From the NCBI GenBank assembly GCA_029953675.1, contig JAMWBK010000008.1, forward strand, positions 1,984,001 to 2,048,000: 64,000 nucleotides of DNA, read 5' to 3'. How positions within the stretch are numbered: the first letter of the stretch is position 1; every line of letters begins with the position of its first letter. A program made the translations under genes and the position numbers. The notes under the pieces were generated by a model. That model saw only the letters and a program-made list of their open reading frames with translations, did no database searches and had not been told where the DNA came from. Below are positions 1 through 12,500 of this stretch, one piece after another. This DNA is from Rhodosorus marinus CCMP1338. Lineage: Eukaryota; Plantae; Rhodophyta.

Positions 1-1293
1 CTAAATAGAGCGCTTAGTCCTCTCAAAAGGTACAAAGAACACCACCCCTGCTACACACAACCGTGGAAACCACATTGCGGCTCCCGCTCGAAAAGCGGTC
101 CCACTACGCATGAAGGCGTTCGAACCGACTTTTTCAGATTTTGCGGGCTAGGCTAGCTCTGGGTTAGTACACTCTTTGAGCACTCTATGGCTGGCGAACA
201 CCCCGGCTCGTTAAAAGTTAGTACTCTCCGACTTTGAAAGCTACGCACTTTTGCCCACGCCTCGCCTTTGCTTGGGGATCGACCTGCCATCGAGCTCTGG
301 TCGTGATTTAAACACCACGGCGCGCTTTGTCCCGAGCAAGCGCTCGGCAGCCCTGGTGCTCACCTGCTCGTTAGTTGTCCGGTGGTAGAATATACCAGAT
401 CGCACCGCCATACGTAGATCAAGCGTCTTCTATATCCAACTTTGCCACCGATCCTTCGAGCTCGAGGGGCGGAGACAACAGCCGTGAGCGGAAGAAGTCT
501 AGGCTAAACCGAGAGAATCGGCTTCCAAACTAAGGCCGCTTTCGAACGTGACAGATAGTCACACACTTGTGGCTACCCTCACTGCTACCCTCGCCCACCT
601 CTAGGACAACCACCCGGGGTCATTAGTTTGCAAGTAAACCATGGCATAAACCTCGACAAAGCTAGGAATCCTTTCCCACTGTATTTTTGGAGGAAACCTA
701 CACCCATGATGACACGATCAGCTTGTTCTGAAGCCGGCTGGCCGTACTGGAAGAGATGCTGAAACCACCTTAACGTTCGCAACTATTAATGTGACATCTC
801 CACCTTCCAGCAATGTCCGGATATGCAAAATTATGCTCGGACTGTGCCAGAATCTATGGAGGTGCAACACCAGTTTGGCCACAATGGTTATTGCACATCC
901 CGATGAAGCAAGAGTATAAATACGATGGAAAATCCGATGCCACTAAGGTTCGCTGGAGAAGAGGGGGGAGAGAGAACCAGAATTAATAGAAAAAGGTTAG
1001 AACTGGGATATATTCCCTAATTAGGGAGTAATTAGGTGGAGGTAAAACATGAATTCTGGAATAATTTGAGACGTCAACCCGGTGGATAGCTGAGACGTAT
1101 CAAGTGGTCTCATCGCAAGTTGCGATTGAGGAACCATTATGCGAACCTGAAAAGTGAGCCCAGTACTACTAGAATCAGAAAAGAACCAGAGGAATCCTAT
1201 ACCAGTTGAACCAGAGGAATCCTATATAACCAGTGAACCACGAAAACCCGTATAGAACCAGAAACCTGAACCAGAAAACCTGACAGAACCAGA

Positions 1294-1709
1294 ATGGCCG
1301 CATTGATTAAGATCCAGGCCCCGCAGCCACGAGCATACGATGGCAATCGGGACGCGCTTACTATTAGTACATTCTTGAACAACCTCAGAACGTATTTTAA
1401 GTTGGCCCGTCTGCCTGACGATGATGAAGACTACAAGATTACCTCGCAGCGGGATATCTCATTGGCGACGCTTCGTATTGGTGGTCCCTGATACCTGAAT
1501 CGCAAAAACCCACGAGCTACGCCGGATTTGAGGATGCTTTAAAATCGCAGTTCTTCGCTGCGGACGCTAAGATCCGGGCTAAACAACAATTGGCTCGAGC
1601 CGTACAACGTTCATCAGTTGCAGCGTACACCTCCTATTTCAATAAGTGCCTGATACAAGTTGGGGAAATATCCGAGTCGGAGAAATTCGATCGATTTGTG
1701 GATGGCCTG
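1294..1709 (+). pseudogene. gag: Ty3/gypsy gag N-terminal fragment, frameshifted
   Basis: MAALIKIQAPQPRAYDGNRDALTISTFLNNLRTYF is a retrotransposon-gag-like start. It lacks one C (GATTACCTCG vs GATTACCCTCG) relative to the inverted copy. Confidence 0.75.
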
Positions 1710-2307
1710 TGTGTCCCTTCTTGCCGCAGTAATTACAAACGAAATGCGTGTAATCACGTCGCTGCAACGCTTGTATGCCGGGTTGTACTCCAGGTTGGTA
1801 GCGCCGGCCAGATCGAGTACCTCTTGGTACCGAAGTTACTCTACTTTCCGGCTTCCGTTGTCGCGGATCTTGGATATCCCGTCGAAGCCCTTGGCTCGCG
1901 AGGTCGGCGCCCTCGATTTTGAGTGCCAGGGATTGAGCATCTTCAAACGTGGAAATATCCTGAATAAAAATGAATTTCCTTATTACCGGTTTCAGGCCAT
2001 CCACAAATCGATCGAATTTCTCCGACTCGAATATTTCCCCAACTTGTATCAGGCACTTATTGAAATAGGAGGTGTGCGCTGCAACTGATGAACGTTGTAC
2101 GGCTCGAGCCAATTGTTGTTTAGCCCGGATCTTAGCGTCCGCAGGGTAGAACTGCGATTTTAAAGCATCCTCAAATCCGGCGTAGCTCGTGGGTTTTTGC
2201 GATTCAGGTATCAGGGACCACCAATACGAAGCGTCGCCAATGAGATATCCCGCTGCGAGGGTAATCTTGTAGTCTTCATCATCGTCAGGCAGACGGGCCA
2301 ACTTAAA
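1397..2307. repeat. Fold-back inverted repeat, arms ~1397-1709 and ~1993-2307
   Basis: The arms (~313 bp) are near-identical reverse complements around a ~283-bp spacer. Confidence 0.92.
1710..2307 (-). mobile_element. gag: Ty3/gypsy gag fragment with truncated zinc knuckle
   Basis: ORF 1639..2301 reads YLIGDASYWW...FEDALKSQF...YFNKC...KFDRFVDGLKP...CNYCGKKGH. The CCHC knuckle is cut at the fold-back junction. Confidence 0.8.
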
Positions 2308-5300
2308 GCCAAAACAAAACAGCCTGTCCTTAGCGTGTGTAATATTGATTGCATTAATGCCAATTGATTGTTCGTCTGGCTTGAGCCCAATAAAATAGGT
2401 GCAAGGCAGGGTCTTGCGGGGGCAGAATAGCCCAGCTCAGGCTCAGCGGCACGAAGGGGGACGGTGAGCGATACAACGTCCCTGCACACTGATTTCTCAG
2501 TGTCAGGGTTTGGATTCAGCACACTGGTGCAATATAATGGGTAGATAAAAGTATATTAGTTCGTCATCATCATTGAGTCCGAGAGGAAAATTACGCCAAA
2601 AAAAAACAACCATTCGAGCTGCGGCTTCGGCCCATCGCCTGGTTAACTTGGTAATTGAGTGCTTTGCACCACTTTCAGTTTGCAGTCAAAGCTTCCAACT
2701 GCCTCCGTCTCGAGTTAGCGGCACACCTCCCCAAGTAGTATTTTACCCGATCTAGTTGTGGAACTACAGCAATTCTTTCTTGACTGGAAGTCGACTGTGT
2801 CTGGATATTGCGGTCCCACATCACCACACCGGCAAAGCAGTATGTCATTTATGTGAACGTTCCGTCCCCACTCGCTGACGAAGTATCATTCGCAGCTAGT
2901 TCACGGGTTATGCGAATGTCCGAGTTCAAGCTAGGGAGCAGGCCCACGTGTCGAGAGAATGGGCCATCACAATGACTTCACCTTTGTCCCTGTTATTGTG
3001 GAGGCATTTAGACTTCTTCAGAAGGCGGCAATGGAATTTCTAGCGAAAGTTACGCAACATCTTGAACGCAAAGCTGAGGCTTTTGCAATCAGTGCGGGCA
3101 GGAATCAATCGTAACCGTTGGCGCGCGAATGCACAGGTAGCCGTCAATGCAACGGGACGCGTTCGTCTCCAATTAAGTATTTTACCCTTAAAATCTAGTT
3201 TACTGCTCCCGAGAGGGGGTTCCAGGCATTCTCTACTTGTCTTAACGACTTTTAGCGCCACCGTGTATGGTTGCCATACAGTTTCGCTTCAACGATTCCG
3301 CTGGCTCCCGTTGGCTTCGCGAAGTGGCTGCGTCAGTAACCCCAACGGACTCTGCTTGCTGTTTGCCTGTTTAACTTTCCTGTTATGCCGTATGAGCCCC
3401 GCTTAGACGTTGGAGATGCGTGATCTCCGCCTTAAGTAGTCTTTCTTCCCGCTCGTTTCTATTGTCCGTCTCTGAATAGGCAGATTCTAAAACAATGGGA
3501 GCGGGCCTCTGGAAAAAGTGAAAACGGTGTTGGAGCCATTCGTGCACTGCAGTGTTCCGAACTACGGCGTTTGAGAAAGTACTGTTTGGAACGGTGCGTC
3601 TCCAGTTGAGCATGAAGTATTGGTCCATAACTGTGACGATCCAAGAGAACACACAAACGACAATGGTATCAAACGACAATGGTATCAATCCCTATGGACT
3701 CAATCACTATAGTATCAGTCACCATGGATTAGGTACTATAGATCTACCTAAGTTAGAAGCAGATCTTCCCCCACCCCCCTTCCCCTAGGGGAGGCAGTAT
3801 GGATGTAAGTGACATGGAGGGTTTAGAGTTCACTGGGAAGTAGAAGAGAAGCAAAGAAGATTGGGAACCCAGTAAAAGTCCAAGGCATACTTGGGTTTGG
3901 GTTAAGATAGCGGGTGTTTCATCCCTGCGTCCGATTTGAACTACCATTGGCATGGAGTCAGTGGGTATCGCCGCCGGCGATCTTTGTCCTTGGAGACCAT
4001 TGAGAGTGGTTTTACCCAGTACTAGGTCGAATACCTTACTAACCAAGGGGCTTCTTCAAAGATCTTGATTTCCAACAAGAGAGCAAGCATATCGCAAAAG
4101 CGCAAAATCCTATAAAACCGATGCAGTGGAAATGTAAATTTTGGACCCGTGCGCCAACATAAACACGATTTCAAAAGTGTGTTTGTATCAAAACACAGTT
4201 ATGCGCTATAGTCCAAATCGGCGGTCGTCGGAGGTAAATAAACACTGCGATTTCGCTACCTCAGGATGGGTTCTCGTTTCGCCACCAATTGGCCGATTAG
4301 GGGCTGGAATTGCACGCTTCCTGTGGCACACAAATCTGTAATATTAGCTTCGATCTCAACTCAAGTTCAGTCAATACTGAAGAGTCTGAATTGAGTCAAT
4401 CAATCTTCAGCAAAGACATTTTCACGTTTTTCTGGTGCGTGCGTGTGGACTTTGGCCTCTGTTTGGATGATTGGAGAAAAGTACTCCCACGTGGGGCTAG
4501 AGGAGAAAAATACATTTCTGCTCGGTTTGGGCATTGGCTGGTTTTTACTCCGAGAATTTAGATCGGTGGTGGTACTGACACTGTCAAAGAGCAGACTATT
4601 TTTTTCGGACCTTGGCCGCACCCGCTTCAGATCTCATGACCATCCTAGACATGAACCTGGCGAGCATGGGGCTTCCTCCTCGCACAATGAGCGTTGTTCA
4701 CCAACGATTGGCTGTGGTTGGGTCCATTTATACTATAATGTCGCATGGAAATCCGTTGAATGAGATAGGGATTTCAATTGATATGGATGGTGAGGGCTTT
4801 GTTCGTTGGGGTGTCTCTCGTCAAATTGGTTTTGTGTTGGAAGTAGATTTCTTTTTTTTCTTCAACGTTTTCGAATTGGCTGTGCCTTTTGTCGTCAAGC
4901 TCCATTATCCCAATGATTCACATGAGCACAGCGATCTGAAAACCTGAATCGTCCAGCTGACAAAAACTGGAAAGAGAAAAATTAGAATTTCTATTTCATC
5001 ATAAGTGAAATAGCATATTATCTTTAATATCATATATGAGATTTATTCTTGCGTTTGATCTCTTTTCAGACTTTGAAAACGAAACATCAACCAAGCGTCC
5101 ATTTTCCTTGTTTTTGCGACTCATGTCTTGGATAATGCTGTGTGATTACCGATGAATTCTGATAGTTTCCTCGCAGCTCAGGTCGTAAGCTGCAGAAACG
5201 ACACCCATTTCGAGGATTCGATCGGTATCTATTCACAAAACCGAGGCTAACGGTGCCAAAACCCCGGAAAAAAATCGAAGGGGACATGCTCAGTGGATTC

Positions 5301-6509
5301 GGACCCTCCCCCAAATGGTACAAAAACCCACTTTTCTCCCTCAGCTCAGTCGGAACAAAAGTTCTTTTTTCGACGACCGTATGCTGCATGGTGAATGTGG
5401 GCCTCAGGCATACCCGATTTCAAGAATACCTAGATTTCAACCTTCTTTGTGCCCAATTGGCCCCATTGCAAGCGATCGCTATATCGGCGATTCGAACCGG
5501 CTCGATAAGATCCTGCCCCAGCGCTTTCCCGAGCTCTTGCCCCAACGCTGGATGTGGGCCTTTGGTTGGTTGCGGAAGGTAAGCGGAGATCGTCTGGCAA
5601 TTGGTAGAACGCGGGGGGTCACTCCTTTCGGCGGTTGAGAAAGGAGGAAATTAAGGAATGGATTTATTTTGAGCATACGAATATATTGTATTTTAGTAGT
5701 ATTAATTAGTACAGCAATGGGACAGCTTTTTCATAAATATACTAAATAAATTCAGCTTGGAGCTTGTCCCATTTTCGAACGTTCATTCAATGCCCCACAC
5801 ACTGCGCCCCAAAAGTTTAGGTCGACCAGTCAACTTTTTATCAGTATCACCCTGGCGTTGGCCCCTTCGCCCCTTCGCCCGATTCCTCATTGCCTCATCC
5901 CGCCCTTTTAGGATACGTCGAAATATTGCCTGGAGTGTTTCCCTCAGCCTAAGTAGCTGAGAAGGGCGAAGGAATTCGCTGATGATTCGCGCTTCGAGGA
6001 CGAGCTGTCTTCATCAAAACTTCTTTGGCAGGCATTTCATAATAAGTCGACTATTGTGAGCGTGACTGGCCTGGGACGAGTGATTGAAGACGTTGATGAC
6101 GAGCGTCGAGGCGAAACGGTCTGGTGGAAGCGCTTCACTGGTGGCATTTGTAGGAAATCATAGTTTTTTCGGGTTTCGTTAGTCTGGGGTCTAAGTGACC
6201 CCAGGTGATCTAAGTGAGTTTAGAGGGAACATATAGTAGTGGTATTGCGCTGCGGTACGAAGCTGCCGAAAAATGGCTACGGGGTTGGTTTCGAGCACAA
6301 CCAAGATCCTGATGAAGGGGAGAAGAGTGTTTTGATCCAATTTCGGCAGGCTTGGGGAAGACTCTTTGCCTTGGTTTTCCATTTTCTTTTTGTTGAAAGC
6401 GAAAACTGGCATTTATCTCCTTGCCGGCTTCAAAACTTGACGTAGTGCCATGTCACAGAAATAGCCTAAGTGCGAGGGGTCTAAATCACATGTGGAGTTT
6501 CAACGGTGG

Positions 6510-6710
6510 CTACACTTTCGCAAGTTGGCGCTTAGCAATTGTGTTCCTACAGTCCATCCATCCCGGAATAAGTCTCCAGCTCTTCGATTCCAGATCGTAA
6601 ACGCGTTTTGTACTAAAGGACTCCCTAGTCGAGCCCATCAAGAGTGAATAAGAAATCAATCGATGCGTTATGGAACCCGGAGCGGGTTCTGGGTGGCTAC
6701 GTTGTATCAT
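6510..6710 (-). pseudogene. Possible kelch-repeat fragment
   Basis: LLMGSTRESFSTKRVYDLESKSWRLIPGWMDCR resembles a kelch blade (YD...W...M...R). It is short and isolated. Confidence 0.3.
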
Positions 6711-6905
6711 TGGTACTATCGTAAAGGTCTTTTCGTCTAATCGACTAGCCTAGGAGGCCAGGAAAGCATTTCCCTTCCACAGAGTCTGAGCGTCCCACAC
6801 ACGTTGTGCATTTGTACTATCGTAAAGGTCTGTTCGTCCAGTCGACGAGCCTAGGAGGCCAGGAGCGCGTTTCCCTTCCATAGAGTCTGAGCGTTCCTCA
6901 CACTT
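6711..6905 (+). repeat. Two diverged ~100-bp tandem copies
   Basis: GTACTATCGTAAAGGTCT...GCCTAGGAGGCCAGG...TTCCCTTCCA.AGAGTCTGAGCGT occurs twice in tandem. Confidence 0.85.
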
Positions 6906-7554
6906 CGCTTACTTGTGTTGCAGGGTTCTGTAGATGTAGAGTAATCTCTCGCAGCAACTCATCAGCTTGCTTGCTGATCTGCCGGCGAACTCAATACAAG
7001 AGGGCACGGTCAGATGGGAGCCCAAACCGCAAGTATTTATGTAATGGGTGGGAAAACGTATAGATACCGTGATTCTGGCCAAGCAAAAATAAATACCGAC
7101 CGGTATTTTTTCAGATTACCGGTATTTTCGGAATACAGGTATTCTCCACAATACCGGTTTTATCCTAGCCAAGAAATCGAGGGTACGGCCAACAAAAAAA
7201 AGCTCTGCCTTCTGAGGATCGAACAAATGGGATATTGAAAGAACGTATTTACGTTCACTCAATCTCCCGTCCAACCTGTCGACCCGATCCTACCCCTGGC
7301 TATCCGAAGGGTAAGCCAAAGATCCCAACGCTGCTCCAGGCAAAATTGGACCTTGCGCCTCTGTCTTCATTTGGCCGCATCGTTTATACCCCTCTGTCTG
7401 CATTTACTCCGATGCCGGTATTTGTTTTTCGTAGATAAATACGGACAATGCCTGCTGAGAAAAATAAGTACCTCGGAAATTTTGGGTCGTTTTCCCGTAA
7501 ATACTGAGCCAATAAATGTTTCTGTTTTTTGTACCTCACGATGGGACAACGCGA

Positions 7555-7905
7555 ATATGTACGAGCGTCGGCAAAGAGTTGAAAAATACGATGCGGGGGC
7601 TTTGTCTTCCCCAAGCATTCGTGCTTCAGCTCTAGCTCATCGGCTGGTACATCTGGTCATTGAGGGCTTTGGGTTTTATGGATTCCTTTGGTTCCCGTTG
7701 GCTTCGGGAATTGTTCCGGGAACGCCCTGACCGTATGTCCTCGGTTTTTTACCCGTTTAAGATTCTTGCTGTGGCGTATGACGGCGCTATGTGGCGTATG
7801 AAAGCTGCTTTGCTGTTGGAGGCGCGCGATCTTCGCCTCCATAGTCTTTTCTTTTCCCTCGGGATTTTTTCTCTCAGTCTCCGATTGGACATGTTCGTTC
7901 AACAA
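7555..7905 (+). mobile_element. Decayed 3' end of a B-like RLE retrotransposon
   Basis: GALSSPSIRASALAHRLVHLVIEGFG matches the B ORF2 C-terminus. It is followed by a B-like 3' UTR (CCCTCGGG...CAGTCTCCGATT). Confidence 0.85.
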
Positions 7906-9565
7906 ACATATGTACTTTGGACGAAGCAGGTGAGTTAACCCAGGACTAACGTGGCTCGAAGTCCAAAAGGTCAGGACATTCAAGACAGAGAGACTGTTTC
8001 CATGCACATATCCACTCTGCGGTGTTGCCGTTCGGGTGATTCCATAAGTGTTTTGAGTGTGTACCAATGCCATGGCTGGTTTCAAGACAAATTCGTTTTC
8101 AGAGCCTGACTACTCTGAAAGTATTCAGCAACCTCAGACGGATGTGACCCGTTTCAATATAACATAGATGAGACAAACAGACAAAAACGCCGAGGAGGGG
8201 GACGATGGCCACTCCAACAACCACTCGAACCGGCGAATCAATGACAAGCACAAAAGCAGAAAGTCGTCGCTTGGGGCAAGGACTTTTCTTTTTTTTTTCA
8301 CCACATCTTTGCCCACCCTGCTTTTGGCTTGTACAAGTCTGTACACGTTTTGCGGTCTAGGGGACGCTTCTATGTTGGGAAGTTCATCATATTGAATTGG
8401 TCTAATAATTCATATTCACAGATTTATTGATAATTCCAGATCCGTACCTCGCGTGTAACCACCGAGTTTCGCGTTGACGTTTTTCATCAGCTACGTACCG
8501 GTTGCTGAACGCGTTTGGATGCAGACTGGACCCCACCAAACAACCATCGCTTAGCATCAAAATATAAAACAAAAATCTCGAAAAAGGGAAAAGGTCTTTG
8601 GTTGTAAATTGGAACCACTTCTCTCTATTAGCGAGGATCACCATCCCTGAGCCTAGTTCTGAATAAATAATCCTAATCTTCAGTCAACGGTTCACTAAGC
8701 GGACAATTGAGATCTGACCTCCCCTAATGTAGGGTGGATAAGGTTAATCCCAAGAGGTATTTTGTGGTTATGATTCTGATATTAAGGATGAATACCCATC
8801 TATTAATGAAGAAATCGTAAATTTCCTTGTTAAGTGAGTACTAAAGATATTGAATAGCGATAAGTCTTGGAACCTGAGAGAAATATGGGTCGAGGGGAAG
8901 TATCGTATCCTACATTTCCAATATACTAGGCGCTGTTAAGAAAATGGTTCTCATTCCCTCCCGAGCTTCACCCGTTTTTGATCTAGTGTAACAACAATTG
9001 GATGCCCTGATTGGTGACGACTAAACCCCATTCATCATTTTCGTGTCTGATTGGTCATCATCGTGCAAAAGCCGCCGCAATCCGTTCTGGTCAAGTCGTT
9101 TCTTTTTTTTGTTCGCTCGCGAGACAAATTTTAACTCGCAAGGTGTCGATTTGAAATGGAGTTTTCGCAACGTCCTGGACGTGGAAGAGTCGAACGGACT
9201 CGTTGTTCAATCTCTGAAAACTTGATGATGTGTGAAAAACCAAACCAAAAGTAAAATGTGAATTTCCGTAGCTTAAACAAATTCATTCAACTCGAAGACC
9301 GGCCAGACGTAAGGGCAAGTCGCTCGGGTCCATAGCTGTAAAGAAGACTGGTGCGGCCTTAGATTCGTTGTTGCTGTTGTCAATGAACGTGGGGATTGCT
9401 GTGGTGATCTGTGAGCATCACGTAGACTATACATGACTAGGTAGGCAAGCGATGACGGTGGAAATCGGCGGGGGAAAAGGTGAGTGGGGTTGGGTGTCGT
9501 AATTGAAGAATTGAAGCAGGCCTGTCCCCAGGGTTGATCGGTCGGCCAGCGGGTAACAGGGAGAG

Positions 9566-12500
9566 ATGGGGAAGATCGGGGGTTTTGGGGTGGCCTTGGC
9601 TTTGTTGGCGGGAATCACTGGCGGGTTGGTTTTTGATGCTGAGGACTTGGTTTCCACCGTTGCGGTGGAAGGAGATTTCCAGTCTATCCTGGACTTGGAC
9701 TGGATACCCGGGGATCTGTCACGCCTAGTATTGTGCGAGAAGCGCGGATTGGTGTGGTTGGTAATAGACGGGGCGCTTCAGTCCAAGCCGTTCCTGGATA
9801 TTTCAGACAAAATCGTTAACTTTGGGGCGAGGGGTTTAACGGCGTGTATGGTGGACGCCGACTTTGAAAACCACCCGTACTTTTACGTGTCCTACGTCGA
9901 TAATAGGCTAGTAGAGACGGACTTCCGCACCGGAACCAAGGGAGCAATTGTAGCCAGGTACAAGGTGACTAGTGATTTATCGGAGGCAATCAACCCAGTT
10001 ATTCTGATGGGCACACGATCTCCTCCAGAATCTGGATGTAGTAATCCAAATATTGCCAAGCGGGACAATATATGTCTGGAAGATAGGAGTCACAACATGG
10101 GGGGTCTAGTGATGAGCCCCGGCGGCAGAATTTTCGTTGGAATTGGTGATGCCTCCAGCGTCTCACAGTTTACAGAACTGCAGATCCGAGCTCAGAATCT
10201 GGATTATAAGACTGGGAAGGTTCACTGCATCACGAGAACGGGCGTGGCGTGCGGGAACAATCCTTTTATCCAGAACGGTGATCGGACTACCAATAGAGCC
10301 ACCGTGTGGACTTTCGGAGTGCGAAACCCTTTCAGAATGTGTTGGGATCCAGTTCTTCAGATACCACTGATTGCCAATGTGGGCATGGCGGGCTGGGAGA
10401 GCGTATGGCCTGGTTATCGGGGTTTCAATTATGCATGGCCCTGTAAAGAAGCTCAGCGCACCAATCTGAAGGCAACTTTCTACGAGATATGTGAGCAGAT
10501 CAAGGATGGCGAGATTGAAGTACATTCAGATCGCACCCTCTGGGACTATAGGCACACCTTGGGAGCTGCGGCTACTGGTGTTGTTCGCTTACACTCGAAC
10601 AAGTGGCCGGCGCAGCTGAGAAACAAGATCGCAGTTGCTGACTACACAAACAGTTGGGTCAAGTTAATCGAGGTCGACGAGAATGGCCTAGTCGGATCCC
10701 ACATAGACTTCATTTCAGAGGCTGGTGGACCTGTCCAGCTGAAAGAGGGCCCAGACGGTTGGCTCTATATGGTATCAATTCTTACGCAACAGGTGATCCG
10801 GATAGAGTATAGGGTGAATACGAGCAGACCAGAGGTTGTGAGAGTAGACCCACCCCCGGACTTTGAGAACACGGAGTTGACGTCGGACATTTCGGTGAAG
10901 TTCTCGAAGAATATTGACTTCTCCACCGTGACGAAGATGTCCCTCAGGATTGTTGAACTTTCGACTGTTACGAGGGTCCATGTGGACTACGATTGGAAAC
11001 GCGCTACGAACACGGTGACTGCACGTCCTCGGAAAAGACTGGAGCGTAATTTGCGGTACAAGATCTCTGTGACAACAGAGATCACTGACACTGCTGGTCG
11101 AGAGCTGAAGAGCAAGTTTTCCTCCTATTTCCGAACCGGTTCCGGTTATGCTCTGCGCTTGTCGGAATTAGATTGGAAATCTTCTACCAATGGAGGTTCC
11201 GAGTACCCCGTTTTCAGAGACAAGCAATTTCCTACTTTTGCAATTGACGTGCCACCGCTTAGAATTCGTGGTACACTGTTCGAGAGCGGAATCGCCATGA
11301 TCGCACCTGGCAAGGTAGAGGTGGAGGTACCGAACGGGTGCACTAGACTGCAAACATATGTTGGTGTCGACGATGTCGTTCAGCAGCTCGACACCACAGG
11401 GCTGTTCTTCGTCGTTAAGGAGAGGACCAATAACGGCGTCAAGAAGCTGCACGAAGACGATTTTCCGGTGCTTAGGACTGACCGGCCCCTATTTATTGAT
11501 GTGGACGTGACTGGAGCTAGTAGTGTGATTTTGGAGACGCAGAAGCCAGGCACGACTACCAATAACGACTCGATTGCGACCTGGGGTTTACCAAATTTCA
11601 GATGCGGAGGATACGACGACGACAAAGCTAACGTAGCGAGCATCAGGCCAACCGGTGTCATCGACATAAGCGATTCAATTATCGTCAACTTTTCAGAGTC
11701 TATGGACATAGCGTCAACCACCGCAGCGACCCAGATTCTTCTGCCGATTGCGTTGGGAGGCTATATCATTGGGTTCAGAACAGAATTCACCCCGGATCAG
11801 AAAACCATGGTGTTGACTCCGAACGAGCCACTAGACTATGACACCGAGTACTCATTAACGATCGCCGAGAGCGCAATGGACCTCGCTGGCAACGGCCTGA
11901 AAAACACATTTGTGCGAACTATCAAGACCGAGGTCGTTAAACTTTCTGGTGAAGTGTTTCAGCTTGTGGATATCAAGACGCAGGCGATCAGAAATCCTGA
12001 GGGTGTAATGATCTGGCGCGAAGGCCATGAGATGCGGATACGAGCAGGCACAGATGTTGACTACCTAGTTCCTGGAAACTGTGGAGCGTTGAACCTTTCT
12101 ATGAGGGCCAGGTGGAACCCTGCTAGGGTTGTCGTTAAAGATTTGGCGGGAGATGCTATTTGTGACACCGGCCTCATACCCAAGGGCAGGACTGCGGACC
12201 TCATTTGCGATATCTCAGGACAAACTCGGATAAGGCTATCGATTCGAGGATCTGGTATAGCGCACATCTACAAATCCACCATCAACTGCGCGTTGGGCTC
12301 CATGAACCCGCGATGTGAATTTGGGGACGAGATCCCAGAGAAGTTCAGGATCGGGGATGTCGTGAGATTCAGTGCCAAATGCTACAACTACCAGGGTGAT
12401 TTGATCAAGAAGGAGGAGCTCTTTTGGATAGTTTCACTTATTCATTGTCAGACGATATGTCACAGACATGAGGAATTGACGGAAGGGGGAGTTTCTGGCG

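Noticed and set aside
1-800. Possible RT-thumb-like remnant (SIPKQRRGVG) on the minus strand
   Set aside because: It is a single weak motif with stops nearby and no supporting RT motifs.
1095-1135. Primer-binding site (TGGTCTCATCGC) and LTR upstream of gag
   Set aside because: I could not match it to a tRNA 3' end, and no second LTR or TG...CA boundary was found.
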